DNA of 64,000 nt from Anaeramoeba ignava BMAN (GCA_028826165.1 JAPDFW010000015.1:1-64000); one strand, 5' to 3'. Counted from the first letter of the stretch, positions 11,557 through 25,712 are shown. Numbers and translations: made by a program. Notes: generated from the letters alone by a model not told the origin.

Positions 11557-12734
11557 ATGTTTGAATCAGAAGAAATATCCGCACTTGTTGGATCAGCTTT
11601 AGGAATATTTGGAGCATTAATGATAATAATATTATTTTCCAGAATTAAACAGATCAATTCATTATATCGAAACTTACTGATACTTTTATCCATTTATGAT
11701 TTTCTCGAATCATTTAGTTTTATATTACCTGGTCGATATAATAAAACTATTTGTGAAATTCAATTTTATCTGATTTCTATTTCTGTTACAATTACTCCAA
11801 TTTGGTCTGCAATTATTTCTTTCATTTTTTATTTGAAATTTGTGAAAAAAACTCAAGATAAAATACTAAATCGAATCTATAAATGGTTCCATTTATTTTT
11901 CTTAATCCCAATCACTATTTTGCTTATTCTTTCGGCTCATTTTACTGATTATCGAAATTCAACCACTTATTGGTATTTAATTTTTTCTTTTTGAATTTTT
12001 TCTTTTTGGATTAATAACTTTAGATATTTTTGGATTCTTTTTCTTTTCTTTAATAATAAAAGGTGTTGTTCAACTAAAATATCTTATTTGATTGTAATAA
12101 TTTTTTTAATTGAAAAGATTCAAATCACAAATTCATTTTATTCTTCTTTTTAGATTGTATATAGTTTCATTTGGCTTTCTTTACTAATTTGTTTGGTATT
12201 TTACAGTTTAACACTTCCTAAATTAACAAAATCACATCCTGATCTTTATCCTATAGAAGATTCTCAAATATCCAAACATCCTTTTCAAAAGAGAATGGGT
12301 TTTGTTCCTTTGATTTATATTTTGATAGTGATTCCTGCAACAATTAGAGTAAAAAAAATATTCAATATTCAATATTCAATTAATATTTAATATTTAATAT
12401 TCATTTAATATTTAATATTTAATAGAGAATAATTGATTTTGTTACATCTTCAAAAAAAGAATATCCTATAATCAATATTCTTCATTCTCTTTTTATTTGT
12501 TCACAAGGATTTTGGGATTTTTTGATTTTTGTTGTTTTTGATTCAAGAATGAGAAAATCACTGAAAAATTGTTTAACTTGTCAATGCAACAAACATTTAT
12601 CATATTCTGAAACTCAAGACAATAATTCCACTCAAAAAGAATTGGACGAAAGAAAAAGATTGACAGATTATGATCATTTACAAAATGATAATCAATAAGA
12701 AGATTCATTATTAAATGATAATTCTCTCATTTAA
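11557..12734 (+). CDS. cAMP-receptor-like 7TM GPCR, array gene 2
   Basis: 4 exons, with microexon 12063-12093 and last exon 12426-12734; SQGFWDF motif. Confidence 0.87.
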
Positions 12735-13022
12735 ATTTCAAATGTTTTTAATTAATTTTTAAAAGAATTAAATTGTTTGAAATTTTTGTTCTTCTTTTCT
12801 TTTTCTTTTCCTTTCTTTTCTTTTTCTTTTCTTTTCTTTTCTTTTTCTTTTCTTTTCCACTTTCCAAAAAAAAATTTAATAGATTTTTTTAAAAGAAAAA
12901 ATTCCAAAAAAAAAAAATAAAAAGCAAAAAAAATTTTTTTCATTTTTTTCATTTTTTTTTCAATTTATTTTATTGGGAAATCAAAAAAAAAAAGCATTCA
13001 AGTAAACAAATAAAAATAAGTT

Positions 13023-14812
13023 ATGAATTTATCAGAAGAAATATCAACAATAATTGGATCAACTTTAGGGATGATTGGAGCATTAATGATAATAATAATA
13101 TTTCTATATTTTAAAGAGATGACATTATTTTATCGAAAATTAGTTTTTATTTTATCAATTTATGATTTTTTTCAATCAATAAGTTTTTTATTACCAGGTC
13201 ATCAATATTATTCAGTTTGCCACGTTCAAATTTATTTTGTGGCTATTTTTGGTTCAACTTCTCAATTTTGGTCTGCAGCTATTTCTTTAGTTTTTTACTT
13301 GAAAGTTGTTAAGCAATTTGATGATAAAAGATTAAATAAAATCCAGAATTATCTTCATTTAATAATGTGGTTGATAAATATTCTTTTTATCGTTTTGGCT
13401 GCTTTTTCTCATGATTATCGTGAGTCTCAAACTTATTGGTATTTTTTATTCCCTTTTTAATTTTAATTTTTAAATTAATATTTATATTTATATTTATATT
13501 TATATTTCTATTATATTTATATTTATATTTATATTTATATTTATATTTATATTTATATTTATATTTATAATTATAATTATATTTATATTTATATTTATAT
13601 TTATATTTATAATTATATTTATATTTATATTTATATTTATATTTATATTTATATTTATATTTATATTTAGATTTATATTTATATTTATATTTATATTTAT
13701 ATTTATATTTATATTTATATTTATATTTATATTTATATTTATATTTATATTTATATTTATATTTATATTTATATTTATATTTATATTTATATTTATATTT
13801 ATATTTTAATTTTAATTTTTAATTTTAATTTTAATTTTAATTTTAATTTAAAAACAAAGGTGTATTCCAACTGATAAACCATATTTAATTGTAAGGATTT
13901 TAATCATTTCATTAATTAATTCAAAAATTTGGAAATAATTTTGGAATTTAATTTTTTTAAGGCACTTTATGTTATTTGTTGGATTTATCTTATTGCTTGT
14001 TTAGTATTTTATATTTTAACAATTATTCCATTAAGAGAACTTATAAAATTAAATTCAAAAGGATATTCTTCAACAAGAATAAGTCAAATAAATCAAGTTT
14101 GGATTCAAATAAGAATGAGTTTAATTCCATTAGTTGAAATTATTATTATGATTCCAGCAACAATTAGAGTAAATAATAAATATTCAAAATATTCAAAATA
14201 AATATTCAAAATAAATATTAAATATTCAAAATAAATATTAAATATTCAAAATTAAATATTCAAATTAAATATTCAAAATAAATATTCAAAATATATAAAA
14301 TAAATATTCAAATATTCAATAATAAATATTAAATATTCATAATAAATATTCAAAATAAATATTCAAAATAAATATTCAAAATAAATATTCAAAAATAAAT
14401 ATTCAAAATAAATAATAAATATTAAATATTTAATAATATTTAGAGATTCTGGGAAATCATAAAATCAAAAGCTCCTGATTATAATTCTCTTGATATTCTA
14501 CAAGCATTATTGATAACTTCACAAGGATTTTGGGATTTTTTCATTTTTATTATTTTTGATCCAGAAATGAGAGCAAAAATTCGAAGTTGTTGTTGTTCAA
14601 CTTCAAAATATTATCAACAAAATAGTTTTGTAGACATTCCAAATTATTCATCTCAAAATGAACAAAATTTATTTGGAAAAAAATATCTGTTTTTAAAAAG
14701 TAAAGAAAATGAACTTTTATTTGAAAATCAAGATGAAAATCAAGATGAAAATCAAAATGAAAATCAAAATAAAAATCAAAATGAAAATCTTCTTTTGATT
14801 GAAAATAATTAA
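13023..14812 (+). CDS. cAMP-receptor-like 7TM GPCR, array gene 3
   Basis: 4 exons, microexon 13860-13890; intron 1 is (TTTATA)n. Confidence 0.88.
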
Positions 14813-15050
14813 AATTAAAATGAAAATTAAAATGAAAATGAAAATTTAAATTTAAATTTAAACGAAAATTGAAATTTGAATTTGTTTACTTTATTATTTA
14901 CTGTTTTTTTTCTTTTTCAAAAATTTATTTTTTTTGATTTGAAAAAGTAAAAAAATTTTTTATTAAAAACAAATTCATTTTTTTTTCATTTTTTTTCATT
15001 TTTTTTGCTATTTTTTTCTTTTTCAATTTAATTGAATTAAAATTTTTCAA

Positions 15051-17951
15051 ATGACACTTGAAAAAGCAGAAGAAATTACAACATTATTTAGTTCAAGTTT
15101 AGGGATTGTTTCTTCATTAATAATTATCATAATTTTTATATATTTTAAAGAATACAGATTATTTTATCGAAAATTAGTTTTTATTTTATCAATTTATGAT
15201 TTTTTCCAATCATTAAGTTTTTTATTACCAGGAAAATCAAATCAAACTGTTTGTAAAATTCAAGCTTTAATGACAATAATTTTTGGAACAATTCCTTCTT
15301 TTTGGTCTGCTGTTATTTCTTTGGTTTCTTATTTCAAAATTGTTAAAGAATTTACTGACCAAAGATTAAATAAAATTCAAAATTTAATTCATTTGTTTGT
15401 TTTGATTCCTGTTGTTATTTTGGTTGCTGTTCATCTTTCCTTTTATGATGTTAATAGTTCAAAAACTTATTGGTATTTTCCAATAAATTAATTTAATATT
15501 TAATATAATATTTAATTTAATATTTAATATAATATTTAATTTAATATTTAATTTAATATTTAATTTAATATTTAATTTAATAATTAATATAATATTTAAT
15601 ATAATATTTAATTTAATAATTAATTTAATATTTAATTTAATAATTAATTTAATATTTAATTTAATAATTAATTTAATATTTAATTTAATATTTAATATAA
15701 TATTTAATATAATATTTAATTTAATATTTAATATAATAATTAATTTTTAATATTTAATTTAATAATTAATATAATATTTAATTTAATATTTAATTTAATA
15801 ATTAATATAATAATTAATATAATATTTAATATAATATTTAATTTAATATTTAATTTAATATTTAATATAATATTTAATTTAATATTTAATATAATATTTA
15901 ATTTAATATTTAATTTAATATTTAATATAATATTTAATTTAATATTTAATTTAATATTTAATTTAATATTTAATTTAATATTTAATTTAATATTTAATAT
16001 AATATTTAATATAATAATTAATATAATATTTAATTTAATATTTAATATAATATTTAATATAATAATTAATTTAATATTTATTTTAATATTTATTTTTAAT
16101 ATTTAATTTAATAATTAATTTAATATTTAATATAATATTTAATATAATATTTAATATAATATTTAATATAATATTTAATATAATATTTAATATAATATTT
16201 AATTTAATATTTAATTTAATAATTTAATATAATAATTTAATATTTAATATATAATTTAAATAATTAATTTAATTTTAATATTTATTATAATATTTAATAT
16301 AATATTTAATTTAATATTTAATTTAATATTTAATTTAGTATTTAATTTAATATTTAATTTAATAATTAATATAATATTTAATATAATATTTAATTTAATA
16401 TTTATTTTAATATTTAATATATTTAATTTAATATTTTTATTTAATATTTAATTTAATATTTAATATAATATTTAATTTTAATATTTAATTTAATATTTAA
16501 TTTAATATTTAATAATATTTAATTTAATATTTAATTTAATATTTAATATAATATTTAATTTAATATTTAATTTAATATTTAATTTAATATTTAATATAAT
16601 ATTTAATTTAATATTTAATTTAATATTTAATTTAATATTTAATTTAATATTTTAATATTTATTTTTGCATTAAAGGTGTTCCACAGAAAATCAAGTTGTT
16701 CTTATTGTATGAATATCCTTTTTTATTTGGAAATATTTTTAAAATCAATTTTGTTCATTTTTTTTGAAAAATTAATTGTAATTTGTTTAGACATTTTATT
16801 TATTTGTTTGGATTTATGGAATTACTTGTTTGGTTTTTTATATCATCACAATTGTTCAATTGAAAAGACTTTTCAAGTTAGTTTCAAAAGGATATTATTC
16901 AGCAAATATTAGTCAACCAAATCAATTTTGGATTCAAGTTAGAATGAGTTTAATTCCTTTAGTTGAATTTATTGTTATAATTCCAGCAACAATCGGAGTA
17001 ATTAATTTAAATATTATAAATAATTTATATAAATAATTTATTTAAATATTTTAATTTAAGTAATTGATTTAAATATTATAAATAATTGATTTAAGTAATT
17101 AATTTAAATATTATAAATAATTGATTTAAATATTATAAATAATTGATTTAAATATTATAAATAATTGATTTAAATATTATAAATAATTGATTTAAATATT
17201 ATAAATAATTGATTTAAATATTATAAATAATTGATTTAAATATTATAAATAATTGATTTAAATATTATAAATAATTGATTTAAATATTATAAATAATTGA
17301 TTTAAATATTATAAATAATTGATTTAAATATTATAAATAATTGATTTAAATATTATAAATAATTGATTTAAATAATTGATTTAAATATTATAAATAATTG
17401 ATTTAAATAATTGATTTAAATAATTGATTTAAATATTTTAATTTAAATTTTTGATTTAAATAATTGATTTAAATATTATAAATAATTGATTTAAATAATT
17501 GATTTAAATAATTGATTTAAATAATTGATTTAAATATTTTGATTTAAATAATTGATTTAAATATTTTGATTTAAATAATTGATTTAAATAATTGATTTAA
17601 ATATTTTGATTTAAATATTTTGATTTAAATAATTGATTTAAATATTTTGATTTATATATATTTTGATTTATATATATTTTTGATATAAAATAGAGATTAA
17701 GAGATATTATCAATCCTTCATGTTCTGATATACCTACACTTGATATTCTTCACTCTATTCTTTCAATTTCACAAGGATTTTGGGATTTTTTAATTTTTAT
17801 TGTTTTCGATCCAGAAATTCGAAAAAAAATAAGAGATTGTTGTTCTTCAAATCAATTCGAAAAATATGATTCTGGTTTCGATATTCAATCATATCAATCA
17901 AAAATGCAAGCAGATCTTTTTATAGATGATGAATTGGATCACAAAATTTAA
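15051..17951 (+). CDS. cAMP-receptor-like 7TM GPCR, array gene 4
   Basis: 4 exons, microexon 16676-16706, last exon 17694-17951; introns 1 and 3 are repeat-expanded. Confidence 0.88.
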
Positions 17952-18025
17952 TTTTAAAAAGAAATATTTGATAAAATTTTTGTTAATTTATATTTTCAAG
18001 TTGAATTTGATTTTAAATTTAAAAG

Positions 18026-18176
18026 AGAATAAGAGAAATAATTAAAAAAAAAATTCAGTTTCTCAAATAAATTCTCTTCATATTATTTGATCTTTAATTA
18101 ATTATTAGCAATTATTTTTGGGATTTTCTGGATTTTTAGTATTTTTGATCCAAAAATTAGATCAAAATTAAAAAAC
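18026..18176 (+). pseudogene. Degenerate orphan copy of GPCR exon 4
   Basis: AG|AGAATAAGAGAAATAATT...GATCCAAAAATTAGATCAAAATTA is recognisable, but carries stops and indels and has no upstream exons of its own. Confidence 0.75.
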
Positions 18177-18364
18177 AAATTCTTTTTCTTTTTCTTTTTC
18201 TTTTTCTCTTTAAAACAAATTCTTTTTGATCAAATATTTTCTTTTTAAATCAAATTCTAAAATAAAAATCTAAAATAAAATTTATCCCCTTTTTGTTTAT
18301 TTGTTTACTTTCATTTTTTTCACTTTTTCATTTTTTTTCATTTTTCATTTCTAAATAATAAAAA

Positions 18365-19620
18365 ATGAGTTTAGAAACACAAGAAATATCAACATTAATT
18401 GGAGCAAGTTTAGGAATTTTTGGAGCATTAATGATAATAATAATTTTTCTTTATTTTAAAGAATACAAACTATTTTATAGGAAATTAGTTTTTGTTTTAT
18501 CAATTTATGATTTCTTTCAATCATTAAGCTATTTATTACCAGGAAGTTCAAATAAAATTATTTGTGATATTCAATTTTATATGATTCCTATTTTTGGACC
18601 AACTCCTTCTTTTTGGGCTGCAGTTATTTCTATTATTTCTTATTTGAAAATTGTTAAACAATTTAATGATAGAAAATTAAATAAGATTTATAAATGGATT
18701 CATTTATCAATTTTGATTCCAATGATTATTTTGTTTATAGATGCAATAATTTCTCAAGATTATAAAAAATCAACTGATTATGTGTAATTGATTTATTGAT
18801 TTAAAATTAAAATCAAAATCAAAATTAAAATCAAAATCAAAATCAAATTCAAAATCAAAATTAATATCAAAATCAAAATCAAAATCAAATTCAAAATCAA
18901 ATTCAAAATCAAATTTAAAAAGGTGTATTTCTACAACTAGAATATCACTTATTGTAAGAATTATAATTCAAATTCAAAATCAAATTCAAAATCAAAATCA
19001 AATTTAAATAATAAATTTTGATTTTTTGGATTTTTCACTTTATTTATTTATTTTTGAAATTAGTTCGCTTTTTCATTCATTTGGATATTTATTATTGCTT
19101 GTTTAATATTTTACATTTTATCAATGATTAGATTAAGAAAATTTATTAAATTAATTTCAGAAGGATATTCTTCAACAAAAAAAAGTCAAAAAAATCAAAT
19201 TTGGATTCAAATAAGAATGAGTTTAATTCCTTTAATTCAAATTATTATTACAATTCCATTAACAATTAAAGTAAATATTTGATTTATTTAAATTTTGATT
19301 TTGAATTTAAAATTTTGAATTTTAAATTTTGGATTTAATAGAGAATAAGAGAAATAATTAATCCATCAGTTTCTGGAATGGATTTTAATGATATTTTATC
19401 ATCTTTACTTTTTTCTTCACAAGGATTTTGGGATTTTTGGATATTTATTATTTTTGATCCAGAAATTAGATTAAAATTAAAAAATTGTTTTTGTTGTTCA
19501 AATTATCCTCAAGAAAATGATTTATTTGATCTTCAAAAAAATAATCAATTAAGAATGGAAAACAAAAATGAAAATAAAAATGAAAATGAAATATTTTTTG
19601 AAGATGAAAATTTCAATTAA
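18365..19620 (+). CDS. cAMP-receptor-like 7TM GPCR, array gene 5
   Basis: 4 exons; ECL2 reads YVC instead of YWC across the splice junction. Confidence 0.88.
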
Positions 19621-19815
19621 ATTTAAATTAAATTAAATTAAATTTTGAGAAAGATTTATTATTAATTTTAATTCTTAATTTTAATTCTTAATTTTTAATT
19701 TTATTTTGGAATAAAAATCGAAAATAAAAATCGAAAATGATTTATTTCATTTTTCATTTTTCATTTTTCATTTTTCATTTTTCATTTTTCAGTTTTTCAT
19801 TTCGAAATAAAAAAA

Positions 19816-21013
19816 ATGAGTTTAGAAACACAAGAAATATCAGCATTAATTGGAGCAAGTTTAGGAATTTTTGGAGCATTAATGATAATAATAATTTTTC
19901 TTTATTTTAAAGAATACAAACTATTTTATAGAAAATTAGTTTTTGTTTTATCAATTTATGATTTCTTTCAATCATTAAGCTTTTTATTACCAGGAAGTTC
20001 AAATAAAATTATTTGTGATATTCAATTTTATATGATTCCTATTTTTGGACCAACTCCTTCTTTTTGGGCTGCAACTATTTCTGTTATTTCTTATTTGAAA
20101 ATTGTTAAAGAATTTAATGATAAAAAATTAAATAAAATTTATAAATGGATTCATTTATCAATTTTAATTCCAATGATTATTTTGTTTATAGATGCAATAA
20201 CTTCTCGTGATTATAAAAAATCAACTGATTATTTGTATTTATTGTTTTAATTTTAAAATCCAAAATCAAAATCAAAATCAAAATCAAAATCAAAATTAAA
20301 ATCAAAATCAAAATCAAATCAAAAAAATCAAAATCAAAATTAAAATCAAAATCAAAATTAAATAGGTGCGTTTCAACAACTAGAATATCACTTATTGTAA
20401 GAATTATAATTCAAATTTAATTCCAAATTCAAATTCAAATTCAAATTCAAATTTAAATAATAAATTTTGATTTTTTGGATTTTCCACTTTTTATTTATTT
20501 TGAAATTAGTTCGCTTTTTCATTCATTTGGATATTTATTATTGCTTGTTTAATATTTTACATTTTATCAATGATTAGATTAAGAAAATTTATCAAATTAA
20601 TTTCAGAAGGATATTCTTCAACAAAAATAAGTCAAACAAATCAAATTTGGATTCAAATAAGAATGAGTTTGATTCCTTTAATTCAAATTATATTTACAAT
20701 TCCAGTAACAATTAAAGTAAATATTTCATTTATTTTATATTATTAATTTTATTAATTTTGGATTTAATAGAGAATAAGAGAAATAATTAATCCATCAGTT
20801 TCTCAAATACTTTCACTTGATATTTTATCATCTTTACTTTTTTGTTCACAAGGATTTTGGGATTTTTGGATATTTATTATTTTTGATCCTGAAATTAGAT
20901 CAAAATTAAAGAATTGTTTTTGTTGTTCAAATTATCCTCAAGAAAATAATTTGTTTGATCTCAAAAATCAAAATCAAAATCAAAATCAAAATCAAAATGA
21001 AAATATTTTTTGA
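19816..21013 (+). CDS. cAMP-receptor-like 7TM GPCR, array gene 6 (close duplicate of gene 5)
   Basis: 4 exons; ECL2 reads YLC. The stop may lie at 21032 if one extra A near 21001 is a sequencing error. Confidence 0.85.
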
Positions 21014-21181
21014 AGATGAACATTTCAATTAAATTAAATTAAATTAAATTAAATTAAATTAAATCTTAATTTTTATTTTAGATTTTGGAATAAAAATAAA
21101 AATCTAAAATAACTTTCATTCCCTTTTTTCATTTTTCATTTTTCATTTTTTTTTTGATTAATCCAAATCTCAATTAAAAAA

Positions 21182-22512
21182 ATGGGTTTAAAAGCAGAAG
21201 AAATATCAACAATAATTGGAGCAAGTTTAGGAACTTTTGGAGCATTAATGATAATAATAATATTTCTTAATTTTAAAGAATATAAAATATTTTATAGAAA
21301 ATTAGTTTTTGTTTTATCAATTTATGATTTCTTTCAATCAATAAGTTTTTTCTTACCAGGAAATTCAAATAAAATTATTTGTGATATTCAATATTATTTA
21401 ATTGCTATTTTTGCAACAACCCCTTCTTTTTGGGCTGCAGCTATTTCTTTGATTACTTATTTGAAAATTGTTAAAGAATTTAATGATAAAAAATTAAATA
21501 AGATTTATAAATGGATTCATTTATCAATTTTGATTCCAATTATAATTATGTTTATAGATGCAATAACTTCTCAAGATTATAAAAAACCAAAAGCTTATTG
21601 GTATTTAAAATTCAAAATTAAAATCAAAATCAAAATCAAAATCAAAATCAAAATCAAAATCAAAATCAAAATCAAAATCAAAATCAAAATCAAAATCAAA
21701 AATTCAAAATCAAAAATCAAAATCAAAATTAAATCAAAATCAAAATCAAAATTAAAATCAAAATCAAAATTAAATTTAATTCTAAAAATAATAAAAAGGT
21801 GTTCTTCAACAACTAGAATATCACTTATTGTAAAAATTATAATTCAAATTCAAATTCAAATTTAAATAATAAATTTTGATTTTTTGGATTTTTCACTTTA
21901 TTTATTTATTTTGGGATTAGTTTGGCTATTCAATTGTTTGGATATTTATTATTTCTTGTTTAATATTTTACATTTTAACAACAATTAGATTAAGAAAATT
22001 TATTAAATTAATTTCAGAAGGATATTCTTCAACAAAAATAAGTCAAACAAATCAAATTTGGATTCAAATAAGAATGAGTTTAATTCCATTAATTGAAATT
22101 ATTGTTATGATTCCATTAACAATTAAAGTAAATATTTTATTTTATTTTATTATAAATTTTAAATTCTAAATTTTGGATTTAATAGAGAATAAGAGAAATA
22201 ATTAATCCATCAGTTTCTGAAATCAATTCACTTGATATTTTATCATCTTTACTTATTTGTTCACAAGGATTTTGGGATTTTTGGATATTTATTATTTTTG
22301 ATCCTGAAATTAGATCAAAATTAAAAATAAATTGCTGTTCTTCTTCTTATTCAAAATATTATCAACAAAATTCTTTTGGTTTAGATTTTCGAAATGATAA
22401 TGAATTGAGAATGGAAACAGATTTAACTTCAAATTATTCTAATAATAATCAAAATCAAAATCAAAATCAAAATCAAAATGAAATGTTTTTTGAAAATGAT
22501 GATTTAAATTAA
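21182..22512 (+). CDS. cAMP-receptor-like 7TM GPCR, array gene 7
   Basis: 4 exons, last exon 22186-22512; intron 1 is (AAAATC)n. Confidence 0.88.
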
Positions 22513-22710
22513 TTTAAATTAAGAAATTTAGTATCATTTTTCTTTTTAAATCAAATTTCAAATTTACTTTTATTTTTAATTTGAAATTTTGATTATTTCA
22601 ATTTTGGAATAAAAATAAAAATCTAAAATTACTTTCATTCCCTTTTTTCATTTTTCATTTTTCATTTTTCATTTTTTTTTGATTAATCCAAATCTCAATT
22701 AAAAAAAAGA

Positions 22711-24136
22711 ATGGGTTTAGAAACACAAGAAATATCAACAATAATTGGAGCAAGTTTAGGAATTTTTGGAGCTTCAATAATAATAATAATATTTCTTAAT
22801 TTTAAAGAATACAAGATATTTTATAGAAAATTAGTTTTTGTTTTATCAATTTATGATTTCTTTCAATCAATAAGTTTTTTATTACCAGGAATTTCCAATA
22901 AAATTATTTGTGATATTCAATATTATATGATTCCTATTTTTGGAACAACTCCTTCTTTTTGGGCTGCAACTATTTCTATTATTTCTTATTTGAAAATTGT
23001 TAAACAATTTAATGATACGAAATTAAATAAGATTTATAAATGGATTCATTTATCAATTTTGATTCCAATGATTATTTTAGTTATAGATGCAATAATTTCT
23101 CATGATTATAAAAAACCTAAAACTTATTGGTATTTAAAATTCAAAATTAAAATCAAAATCAAAATCAAAATCAAAATTCAAAATCAAAATCAAAATCCAA
23201 ATTAAAATTAAAATTAAAATTAAAATCAAAATCAAAATCAAAATCAAAATCAAAATTAAAATCAAAATCAAAATCAAAATCAAAATCAAAATCAAAATCA
23301 AAATCAAAATCAAAATCAAAATTAAAATCAAAATCAAAATCAAAATCAAAATTAAAATCAAAATCAAAATCAAAATTAAAATCAAAATCAAAATCAAAAT
23401 TAAAATTAAAATTAAAATCAAAATTAAAATCAAAATTAAATTTAATTCTAAAAATAATAAATAGGTGTACTCCAACAACAAGAATATCACTTATTGTAAG
23501 AATAATAATTCAAATATAAATATAAATTTAAATTTAAATAATGAATTTTGGATTTTTGGATTTTTCACTTTATTTATTTTTGGAATTAGTTTGCTTATTC
23601 ATTTTTTTGGATATTTATTATTTCTTGTTTAATATTTTACATTTTAACAATGATTAGATTAAGAAAATTTATTAAATTAATTTCAGAAGGATATTCTTCA
23701 ACAAAAATAAGTCAAACAAATCAAATTTGGATTCAAATAAGAATGAGTTTAATTCCATTAATTGAAATTATTGTTACAATTCCAATAACAATTAAAGTAA
23801 ATATTTTATTTTATATTATTATAAATTTTAAATTCTAAATTTTGGATTTAATAGAGAATAAGAGAAATAATTAATCCATCAGTTTCTGAAATCAATTCAC
23901 TTGATATTATTTCATCTTTACTTATTTGTTCACAAGGATTTTGGGATTTTTGGATATTTATTATTTTTGATCCTGAAATTAGATCAAAATTAAAAATAAA
24001 TTGTTGTTCTTCTTCTTATTCAAAATATTATCAAGAAATTAATTTGGTTAATTTCCAAAATCATAATCAAAATCAAAATCAAAATCAAAATCAAAATCAA
24101 AATCAAATATTTTTTGAAAATGATGATTTAAATTAA
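22711..24136 (+). CDS. cAMP-receptor-like 7TM GPCR, array gene 8 (close duplicate of gene 7)
   Basis: 4 exons, last exon 23855-24136; both flanks nearly identical to those of gene 7. Confidence 0.88.
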
Positions 24137-24320
24137 TTTAAATTAAGAAATTTAGTATCATTTTTCTTTTTAAATCAAATTTCAAATTTACTTTTATTTT
24201 TAATTTGAAATTTTGATTATTTCAATTTTGGAATAAAAATCTAAAATAAAATTTATTCCATTTTTCATTTTTCATTTTTCATTTTTCATTTTCAAATAAA
24301 AATCAAAATAAAAATTAAAA

Positions 24321-25513
24321 ATGGTTTCAAAATTAATTACAAGTGAAGGAATATCAACAATAATTGGAGCAAGTTTAGGAACTTTTGGAGCTTTAATGAT
24401 AATAATAATTTTTCTTAATCTTAAAGAATACAAAATATTTTATAGAAAATTAGTTTTTGATTTTATCAATTTATGATTTGATTCAATCAATAACTTATTT
24501 ATTACCAGGATTTTCAAATAAAATTATTTGTGATATTCAATTTTATTTAATTGCTATTTTTGGAACAACTCCTCAATTTTGGGCTGCAACTATTTCTGTT
24601 ATTTCTTATTTGAAAATTGTTAAAGAATTTAATGATAAAAAATCAAATAAGATTTATAAATGGATTCATTTGCTTTTATTAATTTTAATTATTATTTTGA
24701 TTGTAATTGCAACTTATTTTCATGATTTTAATTCTCCAAAAACTTATTGGTATTTATTTTTAATTTAAAATCAAAATTAATATAAAAATCAAAATCAAAA
24801 TCAAAATCAAAATTAAAAATAATAAAAAGGTGTTCTTCAACAACTAGAATATCACTTATTGTAAGAATTATAATTCAAATTATAATTTAAATTCAAATTT
24901 AAAATTAAATTTAAAATTGAAATAGATTATCTTTTCATTCATTTGGATATATTTATTATTATTTGTTTAATATTTTACATTTTAACAATGATTAAATTAA
25001 GAAAATTGATTAAATTAATTTCAAGTGGATATTCTTTATCAAAAAAAGATCAAACAAATCAAATTTGGATTCAAATAAGAATGAGTTTAATTCCATTAAT
25101 TGAAATTATTATTACAATTCCATTAACAATTAGAGTAAATATTTTATTTTATATTATTATAAATTTTAAATTTTAAATTTTGGATTTAATAGAGAATAAG
25201 AGAAATAATTAATCCATCAGTTTCTCAAATACTTTCACTTGATATTATTTCATCTTTACTTTTTTCTTCACAAGGATTTTGGGATTTTTGGATTTTTATT
25301 ATTTTTGATCCTGAAATTAGATCAAAATTAAAAAATTGTTGTTCTTATTCTTATTCAAAATATTATCAACAAAATTCTTTTGATTTGGATTTTTTTGATT
25401 CAAAAAATGATAAAGATAATGATAACGATAAAGATATTTATTTAATTGAAAATTTAGAAGAAAAAAAGAAAGAAAAAAATGAAAAAAATGAAAAAACAAA
25501 AAATTTTTTTTAG
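24321..25513 (+). CDS. cAMP-receptor-like 7TM GPCR, array gene 9 (apparent +1 frameshift near 24458)
   Basis: ATG at 24321 (MVSKLITSE); one extra base at or beside a T-run in exon 1; remaining exons intact. Confidence 0.8.
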
Positions 25514-25712
25514 AATTAATAATTAATAATGATAATAATAATAAATTGAATAAATAATTAAATTATTATTTCCAAAAAAAAATCCAGAAAAAAAAATCAA
25601 TCAATTTTTCATTTTTCATTTTTCATTTTTTCATTTTTCATTTTTTTCAAAATTAAAATTAAAATTGAAATTAAAAATCAAAATTAAAATAAAATCAAAA
25701 TCAAAATCAAAA

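Noticed and set aside
23134-23490. Poly-(IL), (FN/FD), (KI), (IN) and (YL) ORFs here and near 26418, 46071, 49100, 52649 and 57522
   Set aside because: Translations of intronic hexamer microsatellites, not proteins.
24440-24470. Programmed frameshifting or pseudogenisation at single-base indels in genes 9, 13, 15, 17 and 22
   Set aside because: All lie in or beside homopolymers, and similar breaks occur in essential MCM4; sequencing error is the simpler explanation.
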